From Leidyana gryllorum EB-2025a (Eukaryota; Protista; Apicomplexa), in NCBI GenBank assembly GCA_048772705.1, contig JBLWGC010000177.1, forward strand, positions 1 to 64,000: 64,000 nt of DNA. The letters are read 5' to 3'. Shown here piece by piece: positions 25,841 through 38,612 of this stretch. Each line of letters opens with the position of its first letter. Within the stretch, counting starts at the first letter, position 1. The position numbers and the translations under genes were made by a program. The notes below the pieces were generated by a model. That model was not told the DNA's origin. It searched no databases and saw only the letters and a list, made by a program, of their open reading frames with translations.

Positions 25841-28079
25841 ATGTCATCACCGTTCGCCACCACTTCGGTCTTTGCCTCTGTTTTCTCTCGGGCGACCAAG
25901 CCCGCCGTCGAGGTCGCCCCCAAGGACATCCCTCCACCCGAGCCCAAACAGCCCCCTTCGCCCATCTCCACAGACTCTTCTCCGTCTCAACTCGATGTCC
26001 AGCCTCTGATCGAAGCCGTTCTACAATTAAATCACGCAACGCCGTGGGCTGACCCGACCTTCGAAGCTGAAGTGTTCAGGTGGTTCGCCGAAACACCCAA
26101 CACTCCCTTCAATCTGGACGACGACACCTACACATCTTTGCAGAGTATTCAGAAATACGTATCGACATTGGCTGATGCCACCCGCACAGTTCTGCAATCT
26201 CCCTTCCGGTGTCTCACTCAACAGCGGGAGAGCGCATTGGATCAACTCAATGGCCTCGTGGACAAGCTGGAGACTCTCGATGACGAAGAGAAGACTCTTC
26301 TGGCTCAACAAGACCAGTTGTTATCGCAAGACGATCTCGATGGTTTGACATTGGTGGATACTCAATTGACCCAAATTAAAGCTCTACGCTCAGCACTCAA
26401 ACTTGAAATCGGTCAAGCTGTCATACGTTCGTGCGTTTTAGTCAACAAAACGATACCCATTCCTCGCGAGTCTGTGGGAACTCGGACTATTGGTGCGATC
26501 CTTCACATCATCGGTCAGGAGCTTCCAGAATTGAATCGCGAGATCGACCTGGAGGAACAAACTGCCAATACCCAAAAGCTCGTAGAGGCCTATGAGTCCG
26601 ACCTCGCTGTGGTCAACGAAGTGTTGAAGAACCTCAACGAACGACAAGCGGCATTCGAGAAGGAATTAAGCTCAATACAGGAGCAAAGTCACGACAAAGT
26701 GCAGCGAGCCGAACAGCAACGAGACGCCGCCCTGGAAAACCAAAGGTAAGTCGACCGAGTTCCCTAAAAGTATCGCTGTCAGTCGGTGTAACGCAGAAGT
26801 GGCCCGCTTGACTGAGGCACTCAACCAAGCCAAGCTGGCAGCTGCTGAGGCCACCACCAGAGCAGAAGAGGCGGAGGCCGGGCTGGAAAAGACTAAAAAG
26901 GACCTGCAGACGCAACAAGCGAGCACAGTCACCGAATTACGCAGTATCTCGGTCAAACTGACAGAAACGCAACGCCGACAGCATCGTCTCTCCCAAGATC
27001 TGCAAGAGAAGGTCGCAGAATTGGAAGAGTTACGGGCGGGGAACAAACCATTCGCTACTTTGGCTGACGAACTCTCACAGTGGACGTCACAAGAGGCCTG
27101 GACTGATGATCACGCGCGCGAAAGTGACTCTGTCGAAGCTCTGGGACAAGACATTGACCAGCTCACCACCACCCATAACAAGCTGACACACACTGTTGGT
27201 ACCAAGAGTGCCAAGATTGCGTCACACTTCTTCGAGTCCGACGCTCTGGAAACAACGGACACTGATGTCGCAGACCAATTGAGCACATGGTTGACGCACC
27301 TTCTACGTCGACTTGATCACCTCGAAACTCAGTGTGCCGAAGCCACATCATCAGAAATCATGAGTTTGTGAGTTTGACGGCCCGATATATATGTCGAAGT
27401 GTCACACCTATTGCAGAGAACAACTCAAAAAGTTGGAAACCGAGCACCTGCCGCTCGCTCTTCAGGCCAAACAGACGGCAATGCAACAGAAGCAGTTCAA
27501 AGTCGCCGTGATGCATTCCAGAGAAGCCAAAGCCATCGAAGAGAAGATTGCGCATCTCAAGGGTATCGTTGAAGCTAATGTACAACGACGGGGCCGACTC
27601 GATCAGGTATGATGAGAGATCTTCCAGTATCCCCGTCAATCTTCGCTCAGCAACGGTCCGACTTGACAGACGCAGTCGGTACACTCCAGGATCTATATGC
27701 CGTCTTGGTGGACTCAGCTTGGAAGGTCGATAGTGCTCTGCAAGCCGCAATTCTACGGCTGACGAATGTGTCGGTCTCTCTCTACAGAGATCTGCACGAC
27801 TCTTTGCCCGCAATCTTCAAAGACATTCTTCCGATCCATACCACCGATCAAAGCGCCGCCCCGCCCTTCAATATCCCCGACCAAGTCGTCACACTTCTCA
27901 ATCTCGGAGCCGTGAGCACCTCCCAATGTCTGGAACCAGCCGAAGAGCCCTCTCCACCGACTTCAACGTCAGACATCATCGCCGAGGAGAGCGGAGCGCC
28001 CGAAATGGACGTTGAGAGCCAACGACCAATTGTGGATTCCAATGACACTCAATCTAACAATATTAATGATTCAGAGTGA
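25841..28079 (+). CDS. Long coiled-coil protein of unknown function; multi-exon
   Basis: Four successive heptad-rich ORFs (25841, 26799, 27391, 27609). Intron 26746-26782 is in frame; later junctions are approximate. Confidence 0.65.
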
Positions 28080-28155
28080 CAAGAAACTGAGTGAGGTTGG
28101 TGTTGTTCAGGTGGGGTTGAAGGAATGGATAAGACAAAAACTGAACGCATACAGT

Positions 28156-29386
28156 CTACTGAGTCAACATGGTTCCTTCATTGTACTCAAACTCGACGGA
28201 TCCATCGTCGTGCGCTTTCAAGTGGTGCTTCTGGAGCACGTCACTCACTATTTCTTTGGTCTCCTATCGAATCATCGGCTGAATCATTGCTCAAACATAC
28301 ACTCACCTCAGGAGTAGCGTCTCGCAACATTTCCAGAGATGCTGAGGAGCGACCAGCGCTCCCTCTTGCGCCCGCGCCGTCAGCGCCGACTTCGAAGGAA
28401 TCGGTGATCCCTCTATCATCAACCCCGGTCGGTGGACCGGCATCTCGCAGATCTTTTTCGCCACTGGGCGTGCGGCCACCCGCAACATCACCATTCGCAC
28501 CTTGGGCAGCCAAAGGCGTACGGGCAGGAGATGACTGAAACAAGCCCAACAGTTCAAGAGTTCACCCACCCAATGCAAAATACTCACCTCCGCCAACGTT
28601 CTGAATCTGCCATCCTCACCACCAGGCTGTTGCCGTTGAATCAGCTGATCAGCGGCTTCGGCTGGATCAGTAGACAGGCCATCACGGCCTGCTACCGCCT
28701 GATGCATCTTGCCAGCCGCCCCAGCTGAGCTTCGTCGGGGTGAGTCACAAACGGAGCAGGGGGACCCCCGGTCCCCGCAAACCCCAGCATCGTCGTGCCT
28801 CCCACCCTTCCGGGAGCCGTCAACATTACGACCTCCACTCGCCGCTCCCCTATCACCAGGATGAGGGCTACCACATGGACTCTCAGCACCCGTGCAAGGG
28901 CCTCCTCCGCATGGCTCGGGCAGCAATCCTTCTCGGTTGGCTCCCGGACCACTCACTGCCGAGGTCCCCACTGCTCTGCCCTCCGCAGGCGGTCCAACAC
29001 CGCTTATACCATGCCGATTCTGTTGAGTTTGATGAGGCTAAAGCCGAAGATTGCATTACCTTATGCATTGGACTTTTTCTGGCTGATCGTCTGGCTCTCT
29101 TCGCATCTCGCGATGCATTCTCGCGTTCTGTCTGATCCATGAAGGCTTGCATCACACGCTGGTTGTCATTAAGGGTATACAGGTTATGATACTGCAAGAA
29201 GTTGAGCGCTGCTCTGTATTCTTGAGTTGGCCGGATCGGGTCGATAACAATCGTGTCTTTGAAAAGATGATTCGCGAGTCTGTTCTGGAACTTCTTGGCT
29301 TCATCACGAAGCCTCCTGCAGAACCCAGCCCCTCGCTCTTCGAGGGTGGGTCTAGACATGTTCGTATCTTGAGTCATATTATTCAT
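28156..29386 (-). CDS. Hypothetical protein; multi-exon
   Basis: ORFs 28883-29386, 28303-28971 and 28241-28549 can be linked by 40-55 nt GT-AG introns, with a last exon ending EGTMLTQ-TAG at 28156. Confidence 0.5.
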
Positions 29387-29802
29387 GCATGGTCAATCAC
29401 ACATTTTCAATCATGCCTATCTGGAGCCCGCGGCCCTTACAGTCATTCGAGTTGTTAAAGACTCAGCCTTGTTCTTCGCAGCCTCAATCCTAGTCCGCAA
29501 AGCCCCTTCTTTGGATTCGTCAGTCAACGCAAGTGCCGCTGTCGGCACATCATATCAGCATACATGCAGATACCTACTTTGCATCTGGGCTGCCGCACGG
29601 CTTGTGCTGTGTCGATATCATCACACTGAAAGTCGATACAAGCTCACCGGTCAGCGGCAGTCGTAAAAGATCCGTTCAGTACCATATCGGGGGTCCCCTC
29701 AATAAAAGTAGACGCTGACGGCACTCATGAATGGCAAAAAAAAGCCTCACCTTTCCGCAAGGCCGCTTGACGAGGGGTATCAGTGGCCACTGCCGCTGAA
29801 GA

Positions 29803-30719
29803 ATGGAGGAGAATGGCAATCAGCCAATGGGGTAAGTAACATTTCACCATAGCACACGTGTGTGCTTCTCAGCGTCGTCTCTGAAGCGCCACCGCCTGTT
29901 GCAACTAACGGGCCTGTAGACGAGGGACTTAAGGAGTATCGAATTGACGGGAATACGCCGGTTGATGACATGCTGTTTGCCTCTGTCTTTGCTAATGTAA
30001 GCGTCTGACGCGCTTAAGTGCTGTAAAAGGGCATCAGATGGACAATGCTGTCTTGGGTCATTTGAGGGATGTACCCCCGCCGGTGAACTCAATATCAGTG
30101 GGTGAGGCGCCTTCGATAGCGGAAGAAGAGATCAGCTCTGAGAGTGAAGCAGAGAGCGATGAGTCCGAAATAGATGAGAGTATTCGTCAAGGTGAGAGGC
30201 ATGCTGGTTGTACGACATCATTCTTGTTCTTCGCTAGCATTGCAAGTGCTTCGTGCGAACCCAATTGATATAGCCGACTCTGATGATGAGACAGGGGGGC
30301 ATAAAGGGGGGGAAGAAGAGGTAACCAAGCTTTTTCAGCTCCCAAATGAGCTTAGCCATCGGTTGACACCAACAACCGCGGTGGCTCAGGGACAGCTGAA
30401 GGAACTAGGGGTTGTGTGGAACGAAGTGGGGGACCTAATTACTGTCCGCTCCGCAACTGGTGGCATGACATACGACTTGGCCTCGGTGTGCTGCAAAGCT
30501 GATGGCCGCGTACTAGCCGTTATCGTCGATACCTTCGGGCCCACGACCGAGCCTTTCTACGTGCTACAACGAGTGCAGCCTGATCTACAAGTCTCACAGG
30601 TAAGACACCCTTTACTTCACTACCCAATTGTCTCGCCACCTCAGAATGAAGTCGTTTTCGTCGACACATATCAGGCCGCCATAGCGAGTGTAGAGATGGA
30701 TCGAGACATTGACTTATAG
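29803..30719 (+). CDS. NAF1: NAF1-like H/ACA snoRNP assembly factor (Gar1/Naf1 domain)
   Basis: Acidic SSESEAESDESE tract followed by YDLASVCCKADGRVLAVIVDTFGPTTEPFYV. Four short introns give a continuous frame from ATG 29803. Confidence 0.75.
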
Positions 30720-30811
30720 ATTGCTCAGTAATTCAAGCACTCACGCGTTTTTAGTCGCGTCATGGGCTGAACGAAGGACATTGGTGGCATGTAATGACAC
30801 ATTGAGCCTCC

Positions 30812-31639
30812 TCAGCTAGCATTAAAATAGTCCTCAGCAGCTGCCTCGATATCTCCATTATGCTTCTTCAATAATGCCTATGGTACCCATATCAAATTTC
30901 TCTATACACAATTGTTACGAACCTTCGCTGTGTCACGGTTTACTCCCAATTCCATCAGTTCATTCAATTTGGCCTCATGGGGCCAGCAGGTCTTCATCGC
31001 ATACTTCTGCACCCATTCCCTGCGACCCTGTTTACCGGAAGTCGCCCGAGCTGCTGACCTACCGGGCTTTAGCATTGAATTCTTCAATGTCGCGTTTATA
31101 CATAGTAGCGACTTCAGCATCTTGCGGGTCATCTGCAATATTTTATGAACATCTCAATCCTGCGTTCACTGGTCTACCTGGACAAGGTACCGACAACAAC
31201 GCTCCAATTGAGATCATTGCAGTACGGATAGTCAGCGCCGGTGACCATTCATTCTTCAGGATATCCAAGCAAATGGCCCCGGTGATCGAGGATATGTTCG
31301 GATGCCACACCTTCGTGGCAAATTTAATCTGCGACCACAACATCCGAACATAGTTATCGACAAGACAACGCACCTTGGGTGGAACATAAGGATACTCATC
31401 AGGAACTACAATATCCAAATAGAAAGTTCCACCCTCGTAGGGGGTGCCCATGGGCCCTTTGATGCGCCCCATCCAGTGCGATAGCTCGCCGTCCACCATT
31501 TGAGCGGTCACCTCGGGGTCTTGGTCTCCTTCTGCCTCACGGATGATGGCATCAAGTTCCTTTACGCATGGTAGTGTTACAAATTAATAGTTTGTTACTT
31601 TACCTTCTGCAAACGCTTGTGAGTGTTCACAGTCGCCAT
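30812..31639 (-). CDS. UBC1: Ubiquitin-conjugating enzyme E2 with C-terminal UBA (UBE2K/Ubc1 type)
   Basis: KRLQK|EL, IKGPMGTPYEGGTF, YPYVPPK, TKVWHPNISSITGAICLDILKNEWSPAL, and UBA-like LNELMELGVNRD..GDIEAAAEDYF. Confidence 0.9.
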
Positions 31640-31796
31640 GGTCAAAAAATTCGGTCAGTGCCTTACATTCTCTGTCCATGATCGACGGAAAAACCGATCC
31701 GGTCTCCATCCGCCCCGCGGGGGAGTGAGTGTCGGAGGTGGAAAACGAGCGTGTGGTGTGCGCTGTGTGGGAGACAGGGGCAGATATCGCCCTACC

Positions 31797-34185
31797 ATGG
31801 CAGCATGGGTGCTTTCTTTGTGGCTGATGGTCCATGCAGCTGAACCGGACTTCTCAGGATTTCAAGGACAGCAGATGTCTTCACGTTTGCCTCAGCTACC
31901 TCTCCAAATTGAAGTTTTCGGATCAATCTTCCAGACAGCCTACTACTTTGTGGATCTGAGTATTGGCGCTCCGGAACCCCAATCGGTATCGATGATTGTG
32001 GACACTGGCTCGAGCACGCAAGGAATCCCGTGTCAAGACTGCGAATCCTGTGGAGCGGAGCACTGGGACGAATTCTACAACAGATCGCAATCGGAGTACA
32101 ACGAGAGGATGCCATGTGGTGATTGCGCCACATGTCGATTGATTACTCCAGAAGACAATCTACAAGCCTTGGTCGCTCCCTTACAACACCTCGTAGGGAA
32201 CGATACGGCGTTTTCCAGTGAGACTGCTAAACTGCTACTCCAAGACAGTGAACGAATGCAATGTCTTTATCATGTAAGCCTCCACCCTGGAATCTATCGA
32301 TAACATAATCATGAATAGGTTCATTACGCGGAAGGCAGTAGCTTATCAGGATTATTCTACACGGATGTTGTATGGCTGGTGAGGGATCATGTTAATACTT
32401 TTCTTGAACCCTTAATTCCAGAACATTGAACAAGACCACAATGGCTCCAGTACGATCCTGGACGCGCACGACAACGATTGTCGAGATTACCCACTATCTC
32501 CAGGACCCTCTATTCCCGTCATCGTACCACTAGGATGCCATATTGAGGAGACACATCTATTCTTCCATCAGAAAGCGAGCGGAATTCTCGGCTTGGAGTT
32601 CTGGGGCAACCGAGGGGTTCCCACGTTTCCATCAGCTGTGCTGGATGCCCTAAAAGCACTATACAGCGATGCGGAGAACGATATCATGGAATGCTCCAGG
32701 GCAATGGGAGCTGCTAGGCCCAGACCGGGACCAGGAGCCCAGTTCCGTTATGCGTTCAGCATGTGTTTGTCCCCCCAGGGAGGTGTCATGAGTTTCGGAG
32801 CACCGAATACTCGTTTCCACCTAAGCAACAGTCGATTGGAACTGGGAACTAGGGAGAGTCTGCGATACGCCGCGCCCCTTATAGTCGCACCTGGCAAAGC
32901 TCCTTCTTACCTGATTGGACTACAGAAGATTCGAATAACTAAGAATGATACTTATTCTCCCGAACTGAACTCCGCAGACCTGTACTCCAATGTGTATGAG
33001 CGTGAGATGTGGGATGAAATTCAAATTAAGCGCTCTGCCGTCCTCCACGATGGACGACACGGACGTGACAAGCAGATTGAAGTCGTTCCCACTCTGCTCG
33101 ATAGTGGTACCACCCTTACTTACATGCCAGCTCGCCTTTTTAAGGATGTATTGGCGCAAATTAGCACTAGAGTGGCGGCAAACTCAGCCAGGCGAGAGAA
33201 AGACAGAGCTGGTGCCGGGCGGCGTCTCAAACGCTTCCCGCCTGAGCGGATATTCGGAAGCCAAGATCACGGACTGGTGGTACGCGACTCCCTCAGTCGT
33301 TCGTCTCTGGGACGGAGCAACCCCCATATGCAAGAAGAGGCCAATCAGAACTCCAATCGTGAATTCGTGGAATACATTCCTCTCACTCCGCGGCCTCTGT
33401 TGCCTACCCCGAAGAGGTTGATCAGATTGGCAAACTTGGAGAGCTCCAACTCGGGAACAGCAAGATTCGGGCGAGAGCTGTCAGAAAGGCGAGCGACGCA
33501 GAGTTCCGGAAATGAGCTAGTTGACCGCGAAGATCATCTGAAGGCTCATATTCTCAATGTCTATCACAAGTGGCTGCTGGAATCAAGCCTCAATGAATTT
33601 GGAAGCAAACGACGACTTCAAGAAACACCTCCCACGTGGTACGCAGTACTGGAACCCAGTGTCGGGGGGGAGAGCGGCGAGGCCGCAGGAGACGAGCTGG
33701 TAGGCTTCATCGACATACCAAGAAGCATGGAAGGTGCCCATCCACGATCAATGATATCGAAGCTTGAAGGTTATAACAATGGAGAATGTTGGTGGTTGCA
33801 GGAGTTGAGAGAAGATCTGCCTTTGTTCCCAACCTTGGCGTTCGACTTTTACGACAACTTGACGGATGTCTGGCATCCGATGAGTTATTTGTACAGTGGG
33901 ACGAATGAGCACTTCTGGTGTTTGGCTATCATGACTGACGGCGGGGCGAAAGTGGGTGATGATAAATTAGATGAAGAGATTATCTTTGGATCGAACTCCT
34001 TCGTCCACCATGATGTTGTGTTCAATGCGGAATCCACAGACTGGAGTCGCGTACCGGATGCGGAGATAGTGAAGGCCTCACGGAAGCGTCCTAAAATGAA
34101 TCATTACAATTTGCACAACAATGCATCGGTTTACATAGTGCCAGCTGTGTGTCCGGACAGAGGTTTGGGAGATCGGAGTAGTTAG
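31797..34185 (+). CDS. Plasmepsin V / ASP5-like aspartic protease with signal peptide
   Basis: MAAWVLSLWLMVHA signal. YYFVDLSIG, IVDTGSS, PCQDCESCG, YAEGSSLSG, GCHIEETHLFFHQKASGILGL, FSMCLSPQGG, LLDSGTTLTYMP, WHPMSYLY. Introns 32274-32318 and 32379-32421. Confidence 0.85.
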
Positions 34186-34246
34186 TGGCTGTCTTTTTTC
34201 TCGCAGTTGATCGGCAACAAAGAAACTAGTGAGTGAAGTTCATTTC

Positions 34247-35598
34247 TCAAAAAGCATCCAATTCGGATTCTGTGACGGCTCGGCGGGCATTGTCTGCTGG
34301 AGTGAAGGCGGAGAGGTCATCGCCTCCGCCGACAATAGTGGGTTTTTGATTGAAAGAAGGGGTTGATGTGGTGTGCTTGTCTCTGAGAGCCGCGGAGAGA
34401 AAGTCTTCGCCCAACACCGTAAGGCGGAAGGCTCTGCAAGAGCAATTCCTGCGTGTCTGAGGACAGGATTCAGCTGAGTGATTATCTGGGTCGTTTGGGT
34501 CGGCACCATCATCAGAGGAGGGAGGTTCAGGGGACTTGACAGGGTTGTGATCGTTTGGTTTAGTGTTGGGTCGATCGAGAGTGATGAATCGGAGGGAGAG
34601 GAGATCTCTGATGGTTTTGGCCGCAGTTTCTACGTCACAGCCAGATTGTCTTGAAATACGGTAGACGTTGTAAGAAAATGCTCTGGCGTCATGATGGTGT
34701 AGGGATCTGCGGGCGGACCTCAGGGGTGTGAGAGAGCTTTCTTCGCCTTCAGAGTAGTTGCTGGGGCAGCGGTGGAGGACGGGTGGAGTGAGATGCATCT
34801 GCTCTGTCTGAGCATCTGGGGAGCAGAGGGTTTGGATGGATTGGAGTACAGCGACTCGGATGGCCTGAAGGTGTTGTTTGAAGCGGAACCTGGGTTGTTT
34901 GCACCAAGAGCAATATGCCTGCATGGCCAAATTGAGTTGGAATCCGCATTTACAGGCCCATGTGGATCGAAGATGCTTAGGAACTTCGGCGACATTCTCT
35001 TCAACAAATGTAACAGGGCATCGTTCCAGTATCTGATTGATGGATGTGTGGTTTGGGTTCACGGGATGGCGTTTACCTCTTGCATGGAGGGGTCGGTGAA
35101 GGTGACGATGGTGAAGGAGGGAGAGGCTTGTTCGATTTTCTTGAGCCATTCGTCGCAGACTCCACAAGGCGCGATTGGGTTTGCAGATTGCGACTTGGGC
35201 GCGAGGACGGCGATAGCAACAAAGTCGGTGCGAGAGAGTGACAAGTGTTGTGAGAGAGCTGCTGCAATGGCGGCTCTCTCAGCACAAATAGATCCTGATA
35301 CCAGAGAGAGCTCGGAGTTGATGCCTCTGGTACACATTAAGGTCTTGTTAACTCTGACCATGAGTACCGCTAGGACGATCTGTCCGGATTTGCGGTGCCA
35401 GTAGGCGTCTGGCGTGGCAGAGTTGTATTCATGAACGTATTTACGCATTTGGTCGACGAGGAAGCGGACCTCAGAGGTCTCGCCGAGATCGTCATAGCGG
35501 CGGATGCGGCTGTACTCGCGACAAACTCGCCATCTTGGAGTGGGTCGTTGAGCCGAGCGGCGTCTTGTTGGTGCTGGTGAGGTTGTAGTGACCTCCAT
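34247..35598 (-). CDS. Cytidine deaminase-like domain fused to a RanBP2-like zinc finger and a winged-helix-like segment (2 exons, ~435 aa)
   Basis: Deaminase zinc motifs GINSELSLVSGSICAERAAI and PCGVC. Phase-0 intron 35033-35076 (GTAAAC..CAG, 44 nt) joins ORF 35059-35598 to ORF 34247-35167, which has no convincing start of its own. Confidence 0.75.
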
Positions 35599-35655
35599 TT
35601 CGCTGAATGAGTTATTGGATGAGAAAAGTCGTGACTACGTTAAGAACTCTGTGTA

Positions 35656-36484
35656 TCACTGACTCGCACGTCGGCGAGAAACAACACTCTTGGTGTGCAA
35701 TAGCTGGTACCAGAATTGGAGATCGGGTGGGTCGGTGATGTCTGTGGTAGCGAGTTGACAGATTTTGTCACCAGTCCTCTTGTCCTCAAATGTGATGGTC
35801 GGTGTTCCATTCTCAGCCTCAGAGGGTAGCACTGCCGTGTTTGTGAGATCAAATTCTAGCAGTTGTTGTCCCTGTGGCGTTAAGCAGATCCTAACTACAG
35901 CTCCAGTCGATAGTTCAACATAGTGCTTCTTCCACCCTTTGTGGGTTCCGACTCGCACCGAAAACCAATCTGACTTATCACTTTCGAAGGCTTTGGCCTC
36001 TTTATAGGCTTCTGGCTCTTCGTCGGTGACGTTTTGGTGTCGCCCAACATCAGGAGGTGCCGAGCTACGGCGCTGGCGCTTTTTGGTCTGCTTTTCGAGG
36101 CGCATTTCCGCCCGGTTGACTGCCTCCGCAAGGGCCAATACGTCCTCAGGCTTCATCTTCTCCACTATAGAACATTGGATACATTGCGTGTGTGAGTAAG
36201 TCTATCATATATATGTAACACTCACGTGTGGCGTCATCCCCAATGACGGGGTAGTGAATCTCAGTCACAGGCTGCGGCCGATCGTTTGCGGCTTTGCGGG
36301 CTTCGAGGGCGCGCTGCAGCCCAGGAGCTGTTGCGTCAGCGTACTCTGCGTGCCAGCTAACATCAGGTGCGGGGCTAGTACTTCGTTTGCTGCTCTGTTC
36401 GCCTCCCTCTCCTCCTCCAAAGAGCCACCCTATTCCACTTGCTAGGTTGGCTAGAGATTGTTTGGCTGTTTCAGTGAAGCTCAT
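35656..36484 (-). CDS. PH-domain-like protein (2 or more exons)
   Basis: ORFs 36146-36484 and 35656-36165 are joined by a GTGAGT..TAG intron. PH-like SDWFSVRVGTHKGWKKHYVEL and C-terminal helix LQFWYQLL. The 3' end is uncertain. Confidence 0.6.
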
Positions 36485-36560
36485 TTGTCTCTAACTGCGT
36501 TGGTAGGTGTATTATTATTGTGTAACTGTTGTGCATGTGAATATATTTTTTCCGCTAGGC

Positions 36561-36977
36561 ATGGTGGCCACTTATATATACGGAGCCCCCATCCATAATT
36601 CCCGATATATTCTGCTGTTCTGCGAGGGGACATTAGATGCGCTCAAGGCGGCGCTGGTCGCTCGCGCGGAAATAAGTGCGCATGCCTACATCGCGAGCGA
36701 GCCTGGTTCTCACAAACCGCCTCAGTTCGAGTTGGCCGCAGCGGCGTTGCAGAAACACCTCCGCGGACCCGCCATCAAGGTTCGAGGGAGTTCGGGGCTC
36801 AAACTTAGTCCCGTAGTAATGCGAAGCTCGAAGAATCTGCTTGCGCTCACGACTGGCAGCCAAACTGTCTCGCTGATACCTGTGTGTTACCTACTGCAGG
36901 TCTGGCGGCAGGGGTCTTTTGGGTGTTACGACCTGCCAAACGAGCGAATAGACCTCAAAATACCTAGAAAGCCGTAA
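36561..36977 (+). CDS. Small hypothetical protein
   Basis: ATG at 36561 within ORF 36507-36977, with a possible in-frame intron at ~36780-36899. No motif recognised. Confidence 0.35.
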   Translation: MVATYIYGAPIHNSRYILLFCEGTLDALKAALVARAEISAHAYIASEPGSHKPPQFELAAAALQKHLRGPAIKVRGSSGLKLSPVVMRSSKNLLALTTGSQTVSLIPVCYLLQVWRQGSFGCYDLPNERIDLKIPRKP

Positions 36978-37058
36978 AAGTCGAAGAAGACCACCTCACT
37001 CACACACTGCCCACACAATCAATAAGCAAGAGGGGTTTTTTTACGTGGAGTAAGAGAA

Positions 37059-38474
37059 ATGGAGGGGGTCCGCGTATGGCTGATGCTGATCGCTTTTAGT
37101 GTTCTATTCTCTCTCTTCTTCGTCTGGCGGACGGAGTACATATCTGCGACGAAAGTAACTTTGGCTTGGCACAGTCAAGGCGGCTTTGCCTCACCAGCGA
37201 CTATTTGTCTGGTCTTTCTGACGAATGACGGGCTCGCATTGCCGGATCTTTGGGCTCGGTGGTACGAAGACGCGCGCATAGAGATGTCCAATCGCGGGAT
37301 AGACACATTATCGCCAACTTCAAAGGGCAAACTGCGAACATGTCGGGCTCCACCCTCACCTTATCTGAGATCAGTAGTCAGTTGGTCGCCCAACAGTACC
37401 GAGATTGATGCAGTCAAGTCGAATTTGCCGTGTTGGATGCACGACTCTGTGATGCCTAATCCAGAGCAAGGGAAGTGGGGTAGCACAAATCACGTGATCC
37501 ACGCAGCGCTCAAATACGCGCGCGAGACGCATCCTGATGCTGACCTTTTTGCCATTGTCTCTGACAAATCAGTACCCGTCAAGAAGTTCACCGATTGGCA
37601 CTCGGAGATATCTTACGACCGTCGGAGTCGATTTTACTTGTGGTTGATGGGTGAGTGACCGGAAATGTGTCTGACAATGCTGAACAGATTTTGTGGATGG
37701 AGTGCCGAAACATTCCGAATGGTTCGTGCTGAGTCGGGCTCACCTCGACATTCTGGTGGACAATCCTGAAGGCTGGTTGGGCAAAGGATCGATCCAAGCC
37801 GACCCCTCTGAATTTGTGAAGGGCTACGCAAGCGAAGAAGAATACTATCCGCTGAGGGTGATTCTCGATCATGAAAGGGTCGAGATCCCCCTCACGTCTG
37901 CCGACCGTTCTCAAGTCTATTGGTTGGAAGACGTCATCAAGCCCTACGTCCAACACACACCCGATCTTGCCAGCTTCCACTGGGTACATTGGTACGAAAT
38001 TGACAAACCCAGTCGAGAAGAGTACCTGGGCAGTGCCCCAATGTTCTCCAACGTGAGTTAATTTTTCCGATGTCACATCATAATGACACACAGAGACCCT
38101 ACGGGTTCGAGCGAATCAACGCCGGACTGCTGAAGTATTTGCACGAGAGGGAGGGGGTTTGGATGATGCGGAAAGTTTCAAACGACACCATCGTGGACCA
38201 TTGTGAAATGACCCATATGGATTACGTTACTTATTGGCTCACAATTAATCAAGGCGACGGCTTCCCATATAGAGTCAACGACGAAAATACGCGACACCGT
38301 CTACGTGGTGACCCAGCTGCACGAATGCTCAGTACCTGTTCCGTCACCGATTTCCTTACTAAAGAACTTCGTTTCAAATCTTCTATATCAACCTCTGACA
38401 TCTCTGAGACTGGCGAAAATTGGTTATATTACGGCGATCGACCTTATCCCTCTTCTCCCGCCTCCGCCTCCTAA
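37059..38474 (+). CDS. Core-2/I-branching beta-1,6-GlcNAc-transferase-like (GT14/Branch family), type II membrane protein; 3 exons
   Basis: N-terminal TM helix, then ICLVFLT..LPDLWARWY, KWGS, FAIVSDKSVPVKKF, KHSEWFVLSRAH, SEEEYY, WVHW, MMRK. Confidence 0.8.
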
Positions 38475-38612
38475 CAACGACTCTCCCGGACACTCCACGT
38501 TTTTTCTAGTTACATTTGAATGCCATCTTATTTAGACAGCGAGAGAGAGAGATAGTGACCTAAATAAGAATAAACAGAGCGGGAATCAATGTGCTCTGCC
38601 GCCATGCTACTC

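Noticed and set aside
30812-31639. E2 enzyme as a dedicated partner of the F-box array
   Set aside because: It is an ordinary UBE2K-type housekeeping gene over 11 kb away, and proximity is weak evidence in eukaryotes.
35599-35680. Splicing of the PH-like gene onto the deaminase gene
   Set aside because: The donor/acceptor pairs tried enter the wrong frame or reach a stop.
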